Below, in pieces: positions 16,711 to 25,856 of a stretch of DNA of 64,000 bases. Every line of letters starts with the position of its first letter. The first letter of the stretch is position 1. This DNA comes from Desulfomicrobium sp. Lineage in GTDB: Bacteria > Desulfobacterota > Desulfovibrionia > Desulfovibrionales > Desulfomicrobiaceae. The notes beneath the pieces were generated by a model. It was not told where the DNA came from and did not search any database. It worked only from the letters and a program-made list of their open reading frames with translations. The position numbers and the translations under genes were made by a program. The stretch covers positions 640,001 through 704,000 of the forward strand of contig JAXGMI010000002.1 of assembly GCA_040768745.1 (NCBI GenBank), given 5' to 3'.

Positions 16711-19428
16711 ATGATCAAAAAACAAATTGTGGTCAATGGCATCGCCAGGAAGCTGGTGGTCGACGCTGAGGAAACCCTGGCCAACGTGCTGCGCAAGAGC
16801 CTGGGCCTGACCGGCACCAAGGTCGGCTGCGGCGAAGGCCAGTGCGGGGCCTGCTCGGTCATCATGGACGGCAAGGTCGTGCGCGCCTGCGCGACCAAGA
16901 TGAAGCGCGTCGACGACGGCGCGAACATCACCACCATCGAGGGCATCGGCACCCCGGCCAACCCGCATCCCCTGCAGCTGGCATGGATGCTCCATGGCGC
17001 GGCCCAGTGTGGCTTCTGCTCGCCCGGCTTCATCGTCTCCGCCAAGGGCCTGCTGGACACCAATCCCAAGCCCACCCGCGACGAGGTCCGCGACTGGTTC
17101 CAGAAGCACCGCAACGCCTGCCGCTGCACCGGCTACAAACCCCTGGTGGATGCCGTCATGGACGCGGCCAAGGTTCTGCGCGGCGAGAAGAGCGCGGCCG
17201 ACCTGGAGTTCAAGCTGCCCAAGGACGGCAGCGTCTGGGGGACCCGCTATCCCCGGCCCTCGGCCCTGGCCAAGGTCACCGGCACCCTGGATTTCGGCGC
17301 CGACCTCGGCCTGAAGCTGCCCGCGGGCAGTCTGCAGTGCGCCCTGGTGCAGGCCGAAGTGTCCCATGCCAAGATCCTGTCCATCGATACGTCCGAAGCC
17401 GAGAAGATGCCCGGCGTGTTCAAGGTCGTGACCCACAAGGACGTCAAGGGCAAGAACCGCATCACGGGCCTGATCACCTTCCCGACCAACAAGGGCGACG
17501 GGTGGGACCGCCCCATCCTGTGCGACGAGAAGATCTTCCAGTATGGTGACGCCATCGCCATCGTCTGTGCCGACACCATCGAGCAGGCCAAGGCCGCTGC
17601 CAAGAAGGTCACGGTCAAGATCGAGCAGCTGCCCGAGTACATGAGCGCCCCCGCGGCCATGGCCGAGGACGCCATCGAGATCCATCCCGGCACGCCCAAC
17701 GTCTACTACATCCAGAAGATCGCCAAGGGTGCGGACACGAAGCCCATCTTCGAAAAGGCCGACGTGATCGTGGAAGGCAGCTACTACACCTCCCGCCAGC
17801 CCCACCTGCCCATCGAGCCGGACTGCGGCTTTGCCTACATCGACGACGATGGCAAGCTGATCATCCACTCCAAGTCCATCGGCCTGCACCTGCACCTGTA
17901 CATGATCGCCCCGGGTCTGGGCCTGGAACCCGATCAGCTGCATCTGGTACAGAACCCCGCCGGCGGCACCTTCGGCTACAAGTTCAGCCCGACCCTGGAA
18001 GCCCTGGTGGGCGCCGCCGCCCTGGCCACGGGCCGCCCCGTGAACCTGGTCTACGACTATCGCCAGCAGCAGGCCTACACCGGCAAACGCTCCCCCTTCT
18101 GGACCGACGTGCGCCTGGCCGCCACCAGGGACGGCAAGCTCCTGGGCATGGAAACCGACTGGACCGTGGACCACGGCCCGTACTCCGAGTTCGGTGACCT
18201 GTTGACCCTGCGCGGCGCCCAGTACATCGGCGCCGGGTACGACATCCCGGCCATCCGCGGCGAAGGCCGCACGGTGTGCACCAACCACTGCTGGGGCGCT
18301 GCGTTCCGCGGTTACGGCGCTCCCGAATCCGAGTTTCCGTCCGAGACCCTGATGGACGAGCTGGCCGAAAAGCTGGGCATGGACCCCTTCGAGCTGCGCT
18401 ACAAGAACATCTATCGCAAGGGTTCCACCACCCCCACGGGCCAGGATCCCGAGGTGTACAGCCTGCCGGAGATGTTCGACATCATGCGGCCCAAGTACGA
18501 GGAAGCCAAGAAGCGCGCGGCAGCCGCCTCTACCGCTGAAGTCAAGCGCGGTGTCGGCATCTCCCTGGGCGTGTACGGCGCCGGCCTTGACGGTGCCGAC
18601 AGCTCGGCGGTTGATGCTGAACTGATGGCCGACGGCACCGTGACCATCTACGCCTGCTGGCAGGATCACGGTCAGGGCGCCGACATGGGCACCCTGGGTA
18701 CGGCCCACGAGGCCCTGCGGCCCTTGGGGCTGACCCCCGACAAGATCCGCCTGGTCATGAACGACACCCGCGTGGCCCCGAACACCGGCCCCGCCGGCGG
18801 CAGCCGTTCCCAGGTCATGGGCGGCCAGGCCATCATCAACGCCTGCGAGCAGCTGGTGAAGGCCATGACCAAGCCCGCTGGCGGTTTCCGCACCTATAAA
18901 GAAATGGTCGCCGAGAAGCTGCCCCTGCGCTACAACGGCAAGTGGACCGCCCCGGCCAAGGACTGCGACGCCAACGGCCAGGGCAGCCCCTTCTGCTGCT
19001 ACATGTACGGCCTGTTCCTGTCCGAGGTGGCTGTCGAAGTCGCCACCGGCAAGACCACCGTCGAGAAGATGACCATTGTCGGCGACATCGGCAAGGTCAA
19101 CAACTTCTCCCTGGTCGACGGCCAGATCTACGGCGGCGTGGCCCAGGGCATCGGCCTGGCCCTGACCGAGGACTACGAGGACCTGAAGAAGCATGCCACC
19201 ATCCGCGGCGCCGGCATCCCCTACATCCAGGACATCCCGGACGACATGGAGATCATCTATGTGCAAACGCCCCGTCCGGCCGGCCCCTTCGGTGCCTCCG
19301 GCGTCGGTGAGATGCCTCTGACCGCTCCCCACGCCGCGGTCCTCAACGCCGTGTACAATGCGTGCGGCGCTCGCGTTCACGAGATTCCCGCTCTGCCGGA
19401 GAAAATCCTGGCCGCGATGAAGAAATAG
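16711..19428 (+). CDS. mop: Molybdopterin-dependent aldehyde oxidoreductase (xanthine oxidase family, MOP type)
   Basis: Two [2Fe-2S] motifs (GCGEGQCGAC, QCGFCSPG...CRCTGY), GGTFGYK, AFRGYG, GASGVGEMP with catalytic Glu; no FAD domain. GGAGG RBS before MIKKQ. Confidence 0.95.
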   Translation: MIKKQIVVNGIARKLVVDAEETLANVLRKSLGLTGTKVGCGEGQCGACSVIMDGKVVRACATKMKRVDDGANITTIEGIGTPANPHPLQLAWMLHGAAQCGFCSPGFIVSAKGLLDTNPKPTRDEVRDWFQKHRNACRCTGYKPLVDAVMDAAKVLRGEKSAADLEFKLPKDGSVWGTRYPRPSALAKVTGTLDFGADLGLKLPAGSLQCALVQAEVSHAKILSIDTSEAEKMPGVFKVVTHKDVKGKNRITGLITFPTNKGDGWDRPILCDEKIFQYGDAIAIVCADTIEQAKAAAKKVTVKIEQLPEYMSAPAAMAEDAIEIHPGTPNVYYIQKIAKGADTKPIFEKADVIVEGSYYTSRQPHLPIEPDCGFAYIDDDGKLIIHSKSIGLHLHLYMIAPGLGLEPDQLHLVQNPAGGTFGYKFSPTLEALVGAAALATGRPVNLVYDYRQQQAYTGKRSPFWTDVRLAATRDGKLLGMETDWTVDHGPYSEFGDLLTLRGAQYIGAGYDIPAIRGEGRTVCTNHCWGAAFRGYGAPESEFPSETLMDELAEKLGMDPFELRYKNIYRKGSTTPTGQDPEVYSLPEMFDIMRPKYEEAKKRAAAASTAEVKRGVGISLGVYGAGLDGADSSAVDAELMADGTVTIYACWQDHGQGADMGTLGTAHEALRPLGLTPDKIRLVMNDTRVAPNTGPAGGSRSQVMGGQAIINACEQLVKAMTKPAGGFRTYKEMVAEKLPLRYNGKWTAPAKDCDANGQGSPFCCYMYGLFLSEVAVEVATGKTTVEKMTIVGDIGKVNNFSLVDGQIYGGVAQGIGLALTEDYEDLKKHATIRGAGIPYIQDIPDDMEIIYVQTPRPAGPFGASGVGEMPLTAPHAAVLNAVYNACGARVHEIPALPEKILAAMKK

Positions 19429-19443
19429 TGACCCGTTCAACCT

Positions 19444-19475
19444 CCCTCCGGGCGTTTTTGCGCCCGGAGGGCTTT
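19444..19475 (+). terminator. Intercistronic hairpin / weak terminator after the aldehyde oxidoreductase
   Basis: CCCTCCGGGCG-TTTTTG-CGCCCGGAGGG-CTTT. Confidence 0.6.
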
Positions 19476-19494
19476 CTATTTCCAAGGAGAGGGC

Positions 19495-21765
19495 ATGGAC
19501 CAGAAGGAACTGCGGGAATGGGAAGCCAGGTGCATCCAGGAGGAGCCGCCGGCGTGCCGGGCGGGTTGCCCCCTGAACGTCGACGCCAGGGCTTTCGTGC
19601 TGTTCATGGCGCGGGGCGACCTCGATGCGGCCCGGGCCGTTCTGGAAAAAAGCATGCCTCTGGCGGCCGTCACGGCCAGGCTGTGCGAGGCCCCTTGCGA
19701 AGCGTTCTGCGTCCGCAGGGACCTCGGCGGAGCCATCGCCGTGGGCGGGCTGGAGCGGCTGTGCATCCGCGACACGTGCCCCAAGGGCAAGATCCCCCGC
19801 CTGCCGGCCAGACCCAGGAAGGTCGCCGTCTTCGGCTCCGGGCCGAGCGGCCTGACCGTGGCCTTCGACCTGGCCAGAAAAGGCTACCCCATCAGCGTGT
19901 ACCATCTGGGCGAAAAACCCGGCGGATGGCTGCGCCAGCTTCCTGAATCCGTTCTCCCCCCGTCCGCACTCGAGGAGGAGCTGCAACGCCTGGGTGCCCT
20001 GCACGTGACCTTTGTCGCCGTCCCCGCCCTGGACTGCGTACTGGTCGAGACCCACCCGGCCGATGCCGTGTATGTGGGCCAGGATGATACGATATCTCCG
20101 GACCTGGCGGCGCTCCTCGATTCCCCGGACCCCGAAACCATGGCTTTGGAACGTCCGGGCTGGTTCACGGGCGGCATGGAGGGGCGGAGGTTCCGTTTCA
20201 TCGACGCCGTGTCCCACGGCCGCGAGGCCGCCGTGTCCATGGACAGGTTCCTGCAGAACGCCTCCCTGACCGGAAGCCGCGTACCCCTGCGGTGCGGCCG
20301 TACGGACCTCTTCACCCAGACCTTCGGCGTCGAGCCCGTCCATCGCATCCCCCCAGAAGACCCGAGCGGCTACACCCGGGAGGAAGCCTCGCGGGAGGCC
20401 GGGCGCTGCCTTGACTGCCAGTGCCTGGAATGCGTGAAACACTGCGTGTACCTCTCCGGGCACGGTGGCTATCCCAAAGCCTACGCCCGCCGCGTCTTCA
20501 ACAACGCGGCCATTGTCCAGGGCATGCGCCAGGCCAACACCTTCATCAATTCCTGTTCCCTGTGCGGGCAGTGCGAGACCCTGTGTCCCAACGATTTCTC
20601 CATGGCCGATCTGTGCCTGGACGCCCGGCGCGACATGGTCCGGGAAGGGCGCATGCCCCCTTCGGCCCACTGGTTCGCCCTGGAGGAGATGCGCGCGGCC
20701 AAGGACACGCAGTCCGCCCTGCTGCGCCACGCCCCTGAGACGGACAAAAGCGCGGCCCTTTTCTTCCCCGGCTGCCAGCTGGCCGGCATCAGACCGGAGC
20801 AGACCCTCAGACTGTACGACCGGCTGCTGGAATCGGAGCCCGAAACCGGCATCTGGCTCGACTGCTGCGCCGCTCCGGCCCATTGGGCCGGCCGCCAGGA
20901 TGAGTTCAAGGAACTGCTGCGCGCCATGGAAACGGCCTGGGAGGGCGTGGGCCGTCCCAGGGTCCTGACCGCCTGCTCCACCTGCCTCAAGATGTTCCGG
21001 GAGCACCTGCCCGCTTTCGGAGCGGTTTCTGTCTGGACCCTCCTGGCCGAAAACGGGGTGCAGGCCGCCTCGCCCCGACCACCCCTGGCCCTGTCCGACC
21101 CCTGCACGGCCCGCCACGACACGCAGACCCGCGAAGCCGTGCGCAGCCTGCTGGCTGGCCTGGGGCAGCCCTTGGCGGACCTGCCCATGTCCGGCGAACT
21201 GACGGAGTGCTGTGGCTTCGGCGGCCTCATGGACAACGCCAACCCGGCCCTGGCCCGCAAGGTGGCCCAGGCACGGGTGGCCCAATCCACGGCGGACTTC
21301 CTGACCTACTGCGCCATGTGCCGAGAGCAGCTGGCCCGAACCGGCAAAGCTGCTCTGCACATCCTGGATCTGCTTTTCCCGGACGCAGGCCATCCCGCCA
21401 CCGAGGCCCCGGCAGGCATTTCGGCCCGCAGGGTCAACCGGCGCAGACTCAGGAACGAGGTTCTGGCCCGCCACGGCCTGGACCAGGCCCCCAGGGAAGC
21501 CTGGGAGGACGTGCGCATCGCCGTCTCCGACTCGGCCGCGGCCCTGCTGGAGGAACGGCGCATCCTCGAGGATGACGTCCGCCAGGTCCTGTACCTGGCG
21601 GCCAAGGGCGGACGCTGCCTGCGTCACGGCACGGATGGTCGCAGGATTGCCGCGGCCGTCCTGGGCGAAGTTACCTTTTGGGTCGAGTACCGAGATACTG
21701 CGGAGGTGTTCGAAATCCTGGGGGCCTGGAGCCACCGCATGCGCATCACGGGAGGACGGATATGA
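19495..21765 (+). CDS. Fe-S oxidoreductase: GltD-like N-terminal dicluster and Rossmann motif, 4Fe-4S, CCG domains
   Basis: CIQEEPPACRAGCPL, CEAPCEAFC, GSGPSG, CLDCQCLEC, CSLCGQCETLCP, FFPGCQL, ECCGFGG. Confidence 0.85.
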   Translation: MDQKELREWEARCIQEEPPACRAGCPLNVDARAFVLFMARGDLDAARAVLEKSMPLAAVTARLCEAPCEAFCVRRDLGGAIAVGGLERLCIRDTCPKGKIPRLPARPRKVAVFGSGPSGLTVAFDLARKGYPISVYHLGEKPGGWLRQLPESVLPPSALEEELQRLGALHVTFVAVPALDCVLVETHPADAVYVGQDDTISPDLAALLDSPDPETMALERPGWFTGGMEGRRFRFIDAVSHGREAAVSMDRFLQNASLTGSRVPLRCGRTDLFTQTFGVEPVHRIPPEDPSGYTREEASREAGRCLDCQCLECVKHCVYLSGHGGYPKAYARRVFNNAAIVQGMRQANTFINSCSLCGQCETLCPNDFSMADLCLDARRDMVREGRMPPSAHWFALEEMRAAKDTQSALLRHAPETDKSAALFFPGCQLAGIRPEQTLRLYDRLLESEPETGIWLDCCAAPAHWAGRQDEFKELLRAMETAWEGVGRPRVLTACSTCLKMFREHLPAFGAVSVWTLLAENGVQAASPRPPLALSDPCTARHDTQTREAVRSLLAGLGQPLADLPMSGELTECCGFGGLMDNANPALARKVAQARVAQSTADFLTYCAMCREQLARTGKAALHILDLLFPDAGHPATEAPAGISARRVNRRRLRNEVLARHGLDQAPREAWEDVRIAVSDSAAALLEERRILEDDVRQVLYLAAKGGRCLRHGTDGRRIAAAVLGEVTFWVEYRDTAEVFEILGAWSHRMRITGGRI

Positions 21766-21971
21766 GCATGATTTTCATGCCGCAGGACATGGACTGGGTC
21801 TGCGAACCCTGCGGGGAACGCATGGAATCCGGCAAGGTCGAGCTGACCTACCTGGGCAATGCCTTTCATGTGGAACTGCCGGTCTGCCCCAGGTGCGGGG
21901 CCGTGTACATCTACGAGGAATTGGCATTGGGGCGGATTCGCGAAGTGGAGCAACTGCTTGAAGACAAGTGA
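21762..21971 (+). CDS. Small CxxC...CxxC redox / Zn-ribbon protein (DVU_1557-like)
   Basis: WVCEPCG...LPVCPRCGAVYIYEELALGRIREVEQLLEDK; ATGA overlap with the upstream gene. Confidence 0.8.
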   Translation: MSMIFMPQDMDWVCEPCGERMESGKVELTYLGNAFHVELPVCPRCGAVYIYEELALGRIREVEQLLEDK

Positions 21972-22662
21972 ACTGTACACGTCCGCGCCGGTCAGGTCGG
22001 CCCTGGGCCGCACCCTGCGTCCTGGCGGGTTGGCGTTGACACGGCGTTTGCTGCAATTGGCGCCACCTGCGCCCGGAAGCAGAGTGCTGGATGCCGGGTG
22101 CGGGCGTGGGGAGACCCTCGGGCTGCTGCTGGAAAGCGGAGCCCGGGCCCTGGGCCTGGATCTGCATGCCGGCTTTTTGCGGGAAGCGTGCCAGGACGGA
22201 CGTGCCGTTGCGCGGGCAGACCTGAAACGTCTGCCCGTTGCGGACAAGAGCCTGGATCTGATCGTGTGCGAATGCACCTGGAACCTGACGGACAAGGAGG
22301 GGGTGCTGGCGGAGTTCTTCCGGACATTGAGGTCTGGCGGGACCCTCGCCCTGGCCGACATCTACACCCGCGGCTACCGCAGCGGGGAATGGCCCCTGCG
22401 CTGCTGTTTCGAGCAGGCCACAGACCTGCAGACCGTGCTGGAGCAGGTGGCCTGCGCCGGGTTCGAAATCGACGTGGTCGAGGATCACACGGCCATGCTG
22501 AAGAAGACCGCGGCGGATTTCGTCTTCCGCCACGGCTCCCTGTTCGGCTTCTGGCAGGCCGTGACCGGCGATCCGGGCCTGGCTGAGATGGCCTGCGCTG
22601 CGTCGCGGGAATCGAAGCCGGGATTGTTCTTGTTGACGGCGCACGTTCCGTGGGGAGAATAA
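21958..22662 (+). CDS. SAM-dependent methyltransferase (DVU_1556-like)
   Basis: LRPGGLALT, VLDAGCGRG motif I, LDLIVCEC, LRSGGTL. TTG start with GGAG RBS inferred. Confidence 0.85.
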   Translation: MKTSELYTSAPVRSALGRTLRPGGLALTRRLLQLAPPAPGSRVLDAGCGRGETLGLLLESGARALGLDLHAGFLREACQDGRAVARADLKRLPVADKSLDLIVCECTWNLTDKEGVLAEFFRTLRSGGTLALADIYTRGYRSGEWPLRCCFEQATDLQTVLEQVACAGFEIDVVEDHTAMLKKTAADFVFRHGSLFGFWQAVTGDPGLAEMACAASRESKPGLFLLTAHVPWGE

Positions 22663-22739
22663 AAAATCTATAGATCCTATGGGATCCATGGGGCCTATAA
22701 CTTTTCGATTGGTATACCAAAAGTCATCACGAGGCCGAC

Positions 22740-23183
22740 ATGAACGAATACGATCTCGACATCCTGCGCCTGCACACGCAGGGTTTCTGTTGCGCCCAGA
22801 TCATCGCGCAGATGGCTCTGGAGACGCAGGGCGTGGAAAATCCGGGGCTCGTGCGGGCCATGTCGGGGTTGTGCATGGGGTTTTCCTCGCCCCAGGGGGC
22901 CTGCGGGGCCCTGACCGGAGCGGCTTGTCTCATCGCCTACTACGCGGGCAAAGGCACCGCTGCCGAGGAACCCGACGACAGGCTGCCGCTCATGCTTTCG
23001 GAGCTGGTTGAATGGTTCGAAGGTCACACCGCTGAGCGCTTCGGAGGCATCAGCTGCTCGGCCATCGTGCCCGACGGCAGGCCCGACGCTTCTGTCTGCG
23101 GCGGGCTGGTCTCCGGGTGTTACGGCAAGGTCCTGACCATTCTCGTGGAGAACGGCATCGACCCGGGGACGGCGCGTGAGTAG
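22740..23183 (+). CDS. C-GCAxxG-C-C family putative redox protein (DVU_1555-like)
   Basis: GFCCAQII, GACGALTGAAC, ISCSAI, VCGGLV. Confidence 0.85.
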   Translation: MNEYDLDILRLHTQGFCCAQIIAQMALETQGVENPGLVRAMSGLCMGFSSPQGACGALTGAACLIAYYAGKGTAAEEPDDRLPLMLSELVEWFEGHTAERFGGISCSAIVPDGRPDASVCGGLVSGCYGKVLTILVENGIDPGTARE

Positions 23184-24552
23184 GATGGTCGGCACGGTCG
23201 GCAGCGTCTGTCCCGAGTGCCTGGGTCGGGTCGAGGCGGAACTGGTCGAGGACGGGGACGTCGTACGCATGGTCAAGCGTTGCCCCGAGCATGGCGGGTT
23301 TTCGGCCGTGGTCTGGCGCGGGGAGCCCGCGTTTTCAAGCTGGGTGCGGCCCAAGATCCCCTTCGGCGGCGGGCCGCGCGAGGCCGTGGGCAAAGGGTGT
23401 CCCTACGACTGCGGCCTGTGCGCGCGCCACGCCCAGCGGACCTGCACGGCCCTGGTGGAGATCACCTCGCGCTGCAACCTGGGCTGCCCGGTCTGTTTCG
23501 CCGACAGCGGCGGGCCGGGGACCGAGCCGCAGCGGGAGGTCCTGGCGCGTATGTTCGATCAGGTCATGGCCCGCACGGGCGGCTGCAACCTGCAGCTCTC
23601 GGGCGGCGAGCCCACGGTGCGCGAGGATCTGCCGCAGATCGTGGCCATGGCCAAGCGGGCCGGCTTTGCCTTCGTGCAGCTCAACACCAACGGCCTGCGC
23701 CTGGCCGAGGATCCCGGGCTGGTCGAGGCCCTGGCCAGTGCGGGGCTTTCATCTGTCTTCCTGCAGTTCGACGGGGTGCGCGACGCTGTCTACCGTGCTC
23801 TGCGCGGCCGGGACCTGCTGGAGGTCAAGGGACGGGCCGTGGACAACGCCGCGGCGGCAGGCCTGGGCATCGTCCTCGTGCCCACGGTGGCGCGCGGCGT
23901 GAACACGGACCAGCTGTGGGACATCGTACTCTACGGCCTGGCCCGCCAGCCCTTTATCCGCGGAGTCCATTTCCAGCCCATGAGTTATTTCGGGCGCTAT
24001 CCGGCCGACTTCATACCCGACCATGTCACCCTGCCCGAGCTCATGACCGGTCTGGCCCAACAAAGCGGCGGGATGGTCAAGGTGTCCGACTTCCTGCCCC
24101 CGGGCTGCGAGCACGCCCTGTGTTCCTTCTCGGGCAAGTACATGACCCGCGAAGACGGCAGTTTCGTGCGTCTGGGCAATGTGGTCTGTGACTGCACACC
24201 CAGACCCGCCGAGGCCGGGGCCCTGAAGTCCATCAACGTCACGGCCCGCCAGTGGTCCGCGCCCGCGACGCCGGGGCCGCCATCTCCCCCTTCCCCATTC
24301 CAGGGTCCGGGCGCAGATGGCCCCATCCCCCCCACTCCCCAGGACAATGACCTGGACCGCTTCCTGGCCCGGGCCAGGACCCATACGTTCACCATCTCGG
24401 CCATGGCCTTCCAGGACGCGTGGAGCCTCAACCTGGACCGCCTGCAGGGCTGCTGCATCCATGTGGCCCAGCCAAACGGGCGACTGGTGCCCTTTTGCGC
24501 CTTCAACCTGACCTCCCGTCACGGCCGCAGCCTGTACCGGGGGCGGATGTGA
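23176..24552 (+). CDS. Radical SAM protein (TrsS/DVU_1554-like)
   Basis: CNLGCPVC cluster motif, N-terminal CPEC...CPEHG and CPYDCGLC, QLSGGEPT, C-terminal CCIHV...VPFCAFNLT. Confidence 0.9.
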   Translation: MSRMVGTVGSVCPECLGRVEAELVEDGDVVRMVKRCPEHGGFSAVVWRGEPAFSSWVRPKIPFGGGPREAVGKGCPYDCGLCARHAQRTCTALVEITSRCNLGCPVCFADSGGPGTEPQREVLARMFDQVMARTGGCNLQLSGGEPTVREDLPQIVAMAKRAGFAFVQLNTNGLRLAEDPGLVEALASAGLSSVFLQFDGVRDAVYRALRGRDLLEVKGRAVDNAAAAGLGIVLVPTVARGVNTDQLWDIVLYGLARQPFIRGVHFQPMSYFGRYPADFIPDHVTLPELMTGLAQQSGGMVKVSDFLPPGCEHALCSFSGKYMTREDGSFVRLGNVVCDCTPRPAEAGALKSINVTARQWSAPATPGPPSPPSPFQGPGADGPIPPTPQDNDLDRFLARARTHTFTISAMAFQDAWSLNLDRLQGCCIHVAQPNGRLVPFCAFNLTSRHGRSLYRGRM

Positions 24553-25856
24553 GAGCCAGCACCGTCGATGCCCTGACGGCACGCAGGCTGGGCATCGACG
24601 GGCCCCTGGACCGCAGTTGTCTGGAAACTGCCCAGATGGCGGCCCTGCGCGCGACCGTGTCCTGGGCCAGGGAGATGGGCCCCTGGTATCGCGGGCGTTT
24701 GGCGGGGGTGAAGCCGGAGAAGCTGCGCTGTCGGGCTGACCTGGCGCGGTTGCCCCTGATGGCCGGGGCGGACGTGGCCGCATTTGGGCAGCGCATGGTC
24801 TGCGTACCCCAGAGCGAGGTGGCGCGCATCGTCACCCTGCAGACCTCGGGCAGCACCGGTGCGCCCAAGCGAGTGCACTTCACGCGGGAGGATCTGGACG
24901 GGACCGTGGATTTTTTCCTGCACGGCATGACGAACCTGGCCGATCAATCGGACCGGGTTCTGGCGCTGCTGCCTTGCAGTCAACCCGACAGCACTGGCGA
25001 CCTGCTCGTGCGAGCCCTGCGGGGCGGTGGGGTTCACTGTGCAGGGTGCTGGCCGCCCGGGAGCGCGACCGGTCTGGCGGAATTCATCGTGGCCGGGAAG
25101 TATTCGTGCGTCGTGGGTCTGCCCCAGCACCTTCTGGCCCTGGCCGGGTCTCTGCCCGTTGGCCAGGTCCGGACCATGCTGCTGTGCTCGGACTACGCCC
25201 CGCCGGCCCTGCGTCGGCGCATCGAGGAGGCCTGCGGCGCCGAGACCTTCCTGCACTACGGGGCCACGGAGACGGGTCTGGGCGGCGGCGTGGAATGCGG
25301 AATCCATGACGGCTGCCATGTGCGGGAGTCCGACCTGCTGTTCGAGATCGTGGACCCGGTTACGGGCGCACTGTTGGGCGAGGGAGAGGAAGGCGAGGTG
25401 GTCGTGACCACCCTGGGCCGGCGGGCCATGCCGCTGGTGCGTTACCGCACGGGGGACCTGGCCCGCCTGGCCAGGGGGCGGTGCGCCTGTGGCGGCGTCA
25501 CGGCGCGGCTGTGCGATGTGACGGGACGGGACAGGGTGTGCGTTCTGGGCGGCGGGCTCAGCGTGACCAGCCGGGAGCTCGACGACAGTCTTTTTGACCT
25601 GGACGGTCTGGTGGACTACCGCGCCAGTCTCTGGTCTGCCGGCGGCAGAGACCACCTGGACATTGAATTCCAGGCCGGATCCGGGCATGAGCACCTGGAG
25701 CGGGACCTGGGGCTGGCCCTGCGGCGCGTGCCTGGGGTGGCCGCGGCCCTGCAACTCGGGACCCTGATCCTGGGTTCCATGCGGCGGGTCGACTCCTTTT
25801 CGCCCTCCCACACCCTCAAGCGCACCATTTTTGATCAACGCCGGAGCACACCGTGA
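24549..25856 (+). CDS. Phenylacetate-CoA-ligase-like adenylate-forming enzyme (DVU_1553-like)
   Basis: TSGSTGAPK P-loop, HYGATETG, MPLVRYRTGD. GTG start overlaps the upstream stop. Confidence 0.85.
   Translation: MRASTVDALTARRLGIDGPLDRSCLETAQMAALRATVSWAREMGPWYRGRLAGVKPEKLRCRADLARLPLMAGADVAAFGQRMVCVPQSEVARIVTLQTSGSTGAPKRVHFTREDLDGTVDFFLHGMTNLADQSDRVLALLPCSQPDSTGDLLVRALRGGGVHCAGCWPPGSATGLAEFIVAGKYSCVVGLPQHLLALAGSLPVGQVRTMLLCSDYAPPALRRRIEEACGAETFLHYGATETGLGGGVECGIHDGCHVRESDLLFEIVDPVTGALLGEGEEGEVVVTTLGRRAMPLVRYRTGDLARLARGRCACGGVTARLCDVTGRDRVCVLGGGLSVTSRELDDSLFDLDGLVDYRASLWSAGGRDHLDIEFQAGSGHEHLERDLGLALRRVPGVAAALQLGTLILGSMRRVDSFSPSHTLKRTIFDQRRSTP

Noticed and set aside
16693..21735. 1680-aa minus-strand ORF, and similar long antisense ORFs such as 35774-38527, 29036-31159, 24519-26099 and 155-790
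   Set aside because: They are shadows of real genes on the opposite strand caused by GC-rich codon bias, with no recognisable motifs.
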